The position numbers and the translations under genes are program-made. DNA of 36,964 nucleotides from Octopus bimaculoides (taxonomy: Eukaryota): positions 1,337,262-1,374,225 of the forward strand of contig NC_068984.1 of NCBI RefSeq assembly GCF_001194135.2. The letters run 5' to 3'. The notes below the pieces were generated by a model. That model saw nothing but the letters and a program-made list of their open reading frames with translations. It made no database searches and was not told the origin of the DNA. This document shows, piece after piece, positions 34,645 through 36,964 of this stretch (its first letter is position 1; each line of letters opens with the position of its first letter).

Positions 34645-35096
34645 GGTGCTACTTTGGTATGCGATCTATGTGGCCAATGTGATCTACAAGAGTCAAATTC
34701 TACTTTAGTATGTGATCTACATGTTTCATTTATTTATTATGGCTTAAATAAAACATTCTTACATTTTTATACATTTATTTTTAAAGAAAATTAAAATGAA
34801 GCAGATTTGAAACGAGTTGACTAATTTTATGGGCAAATCAAATTGAAATCAGTTAGGAAAGACAAAAAATAGAGAATTAAAATTTTTTATACATTTATTA
34901 TTATAAAGAAATTAGAATGAAGCAAATTTGAAATAAGTTTACTGATTTTATCGTTAACACATTTATCATTAAAATTCATTATTTAATACATTTCTTACAG
35001 GTGTTTTCTTTGTTCTTGATAAGTACAACTTTTCTTCTTGTAGATCACATACCAAAGCAGTTTTATGACACTTAAATCATATACCAAAGTAGCACC
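34645..35096. mobile_element. Merlin-like MITE (452 bp)
   Basis: Exact 8-bp TSD TCACTTAC (34637-34644 and 35097-35104). TIR GGTGCTACTTTGGTAT is 16 bp perfect and about 24 bp imperfect, starting with GG. A subterminal TATGTGATCTACA motif occurs at both ends, and there is an internal duplication of about 70 bp. Confidence 0.82.
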
Positions 35097-35214
35097 TCAC
35101 TTACTTCCATGAAATTTGTTTCACTTTGTCCACCATATTGTATGTAGAAAGTTCGATCAGCAAAGTAATTCTTAATTGCACCGAACACATGGCAGACTTT
35201 TGGAAGAGTTAACA

Positions 35215-35292
35215 CTGTCTCATGAGGGTCCTTCTAATATCTGTCTCATGAGGGTCATTCTAATATCTGTCTCATGAGGGTCATTCTAACAT
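35215..35292. repeat. Tandem repeat, 3 x 26 bp (CTGTCTCATGAGGGTCATTCTAATAT)
   Basis: Direct tandem units. Confidence 0.92.
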
Positions 35293-36462
35293 CACTCTGA
35301 TGAGGGATGGAAATGGAAAGGAACCGTTGAAGAAAAATACTGGACAAATGAAATTTATGGGAAAAAATTATTTCAGAATCAGAATCTCAACTGTATGAAA
35401 GAGGAATAATAAATAATCCTTTCCATTCTAGGCACAGAGGGTGAATATTTGAGGGAAGGGGGACTGGTTGATTATACTGACCCCAATATTTGACTGGTAC
35501 TTATTTCATCGACCCTGAAAGAGATGAAAAACAAAATGGACTTCGGCAGAACTTGAACTCAGAAAGGCGTGATAACAGTTCTACCAGATCACCAAAAGAG
35601 TTTGAACATGTAGCGAGGCTCAAAGAAGCCAGCACCAGATCTCACCTGCAACCATTGCCATATGTAAGACAAAAACGAGATCTCGCCTGTAACCATTATT
35701 TAAGGAAAAGACAACAACATTTTCCCCCTCGTTCTTCTCACACTGACTGCCGAGCAAGGCTTCAAAGCCAGGAGCTCACAGCGGACTTTTGTCCTGCTGT
35801 GATACCACATGCATTGTCTCCAGAGGTTATTGAACCTCACGTGTATGGGAGAGAAGGCTAACTATGCACTGCTGTGAAGATGGTTACTGAAAACAAACCC
35901 CTTGTATGAAGCACCTGTGAATAAATGGTTATTGAATTTACTCTGCCTGAGAACTTCATTCTTCATATTTCCAGCTCCTTGAATCAACAGAATAATTATA
36001 ATGGAAGATACCCCAAAAGTATCTTAGAAACTTTCCTTCCATTATAAATAAATAAAAATCACATAATTCCTTGCCATTTTCCTTCCGTCAGGTAATGATG
36101 AATATTCCCAAAAAATTTGCCTGTTCCCCGCTCCCATTACAAATTGACCGCAACACCACGGAAAAAAGAAAAATGGCACACCTACATAAGTGTCCCCTCC
36201 CCAACGGCTTTGTTTCCTCATAATTTCCAAAAAAATGAATATTTTTTAATTAAATTTTCTACAAATACGCTCCAGATGGTGTAGATACCAATTATATCAG
36301 AATTTGTTGTGAAACAAGTTTTCTGTGAAACATACCTACACAAGTGTACACAATTTTATTTGAAATTTCAAATGTCTTGTAGATAGATGTGATGTGTGCT
36401 AGTGCGACCCCCCCACTTTTTTTTGCACATTAAATTCTTAAATAATTGCAATATATGTAATC

Positions 36463-36737
36463 TTCGTTTTGACTCGACGAAACCAAAACAAAAAGTCGCT
36501 TGTTTCCCTGACAACTCGACTATTCACTTCGGATATCTTCGTGACCTCCGTGATAGCTTGTGGGGGAGGGGCGTAAGAACAAGCACATACACACAGAGAG
36601 GCAAGAACATGCATGCACACACAACCCATTAGCTTTCATCAGCTTTTCATGGAAGTCACGAAGATATCTGAAGTGAATTGTCGAGTTGTCAGGGAAACAA
36701 GCGACTTTTTGTTTTGGTTTCGTCGAGTCAAAACGAA
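36463..36737. repeat. 91-bp CpG-rich inverted repeat pair (36463-36553 and 36647-36737) with a 93-bp spacer
   Basis: The arms are reverse-complementary with about 4 mismatches by manual comparison. Confidence 0.92.
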
Positions 36738-36964
36738 AGAATGCCCTGAAAGGTATTTTAGAGAAAATTTCGTTAAGATATCTGGCTTTTTTTTTTTAAA
36801 GTTATGAGGAAACAAATTCGACGCACTTGTGCAGGTACGCTAAAATAAAAAAAAACTTTTCACCAGCCACAGAGTGAAGAACTAAAAGTTTAAAGATCGT
36901 CTTAAGGAGCTGTTAAAGAGACAAATTATCGGCATATAAAAAGGTGAAAAGTATTTTTCTGAGG

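Noticed and set aside
35290-35340. CTGATGAG...GAAA as a hammerhead ribozyme core
   Set aside because: No pairing for stems II or III could be found around the core; the other CTGATGA hits also lack stems.

Overview
AT-rich, repeat-dense animal genomic DNA with five N gaps. The repeat landscape ((CAT)n-tailed RTE LINE ends, tRNA-derived SINEs, dense microsatellites) suggests an octopus/cephalopod; this is an inference. Three host genes can be read from the sequence. (1) The 5' part of SNX14 lies on the minus strand as six small coding exons that the ORF track misses (ATG at 17270, then exons down to 2740; the gene continues left of the window). (2) An intronless NDUFAF5 ORF lies on the plus strand (ATG 17919 to stop 18944), head-to-head with SNX14 across 648 bp. 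(3) The last two coding exons of a probable death-domain protein gene lie on the minus strand (30213-29969 and 26238-26203); its upstream exons were not identified. The rest is mostly transposon debris: RTE, R4-like, CR1/L2-like and Penelope retroelements, a solo LTR, a full-length decayed Chapaev3, an internally deleted piggyBac, mariner/Tc1 fragments, piggyBac, mariner and Merlin-type MITEs, SINEs, minisatellites and several long inverted repeats. Protein and family assignments come from motif recall; no database search was run. Boundaries of decayed repeats are approximate.
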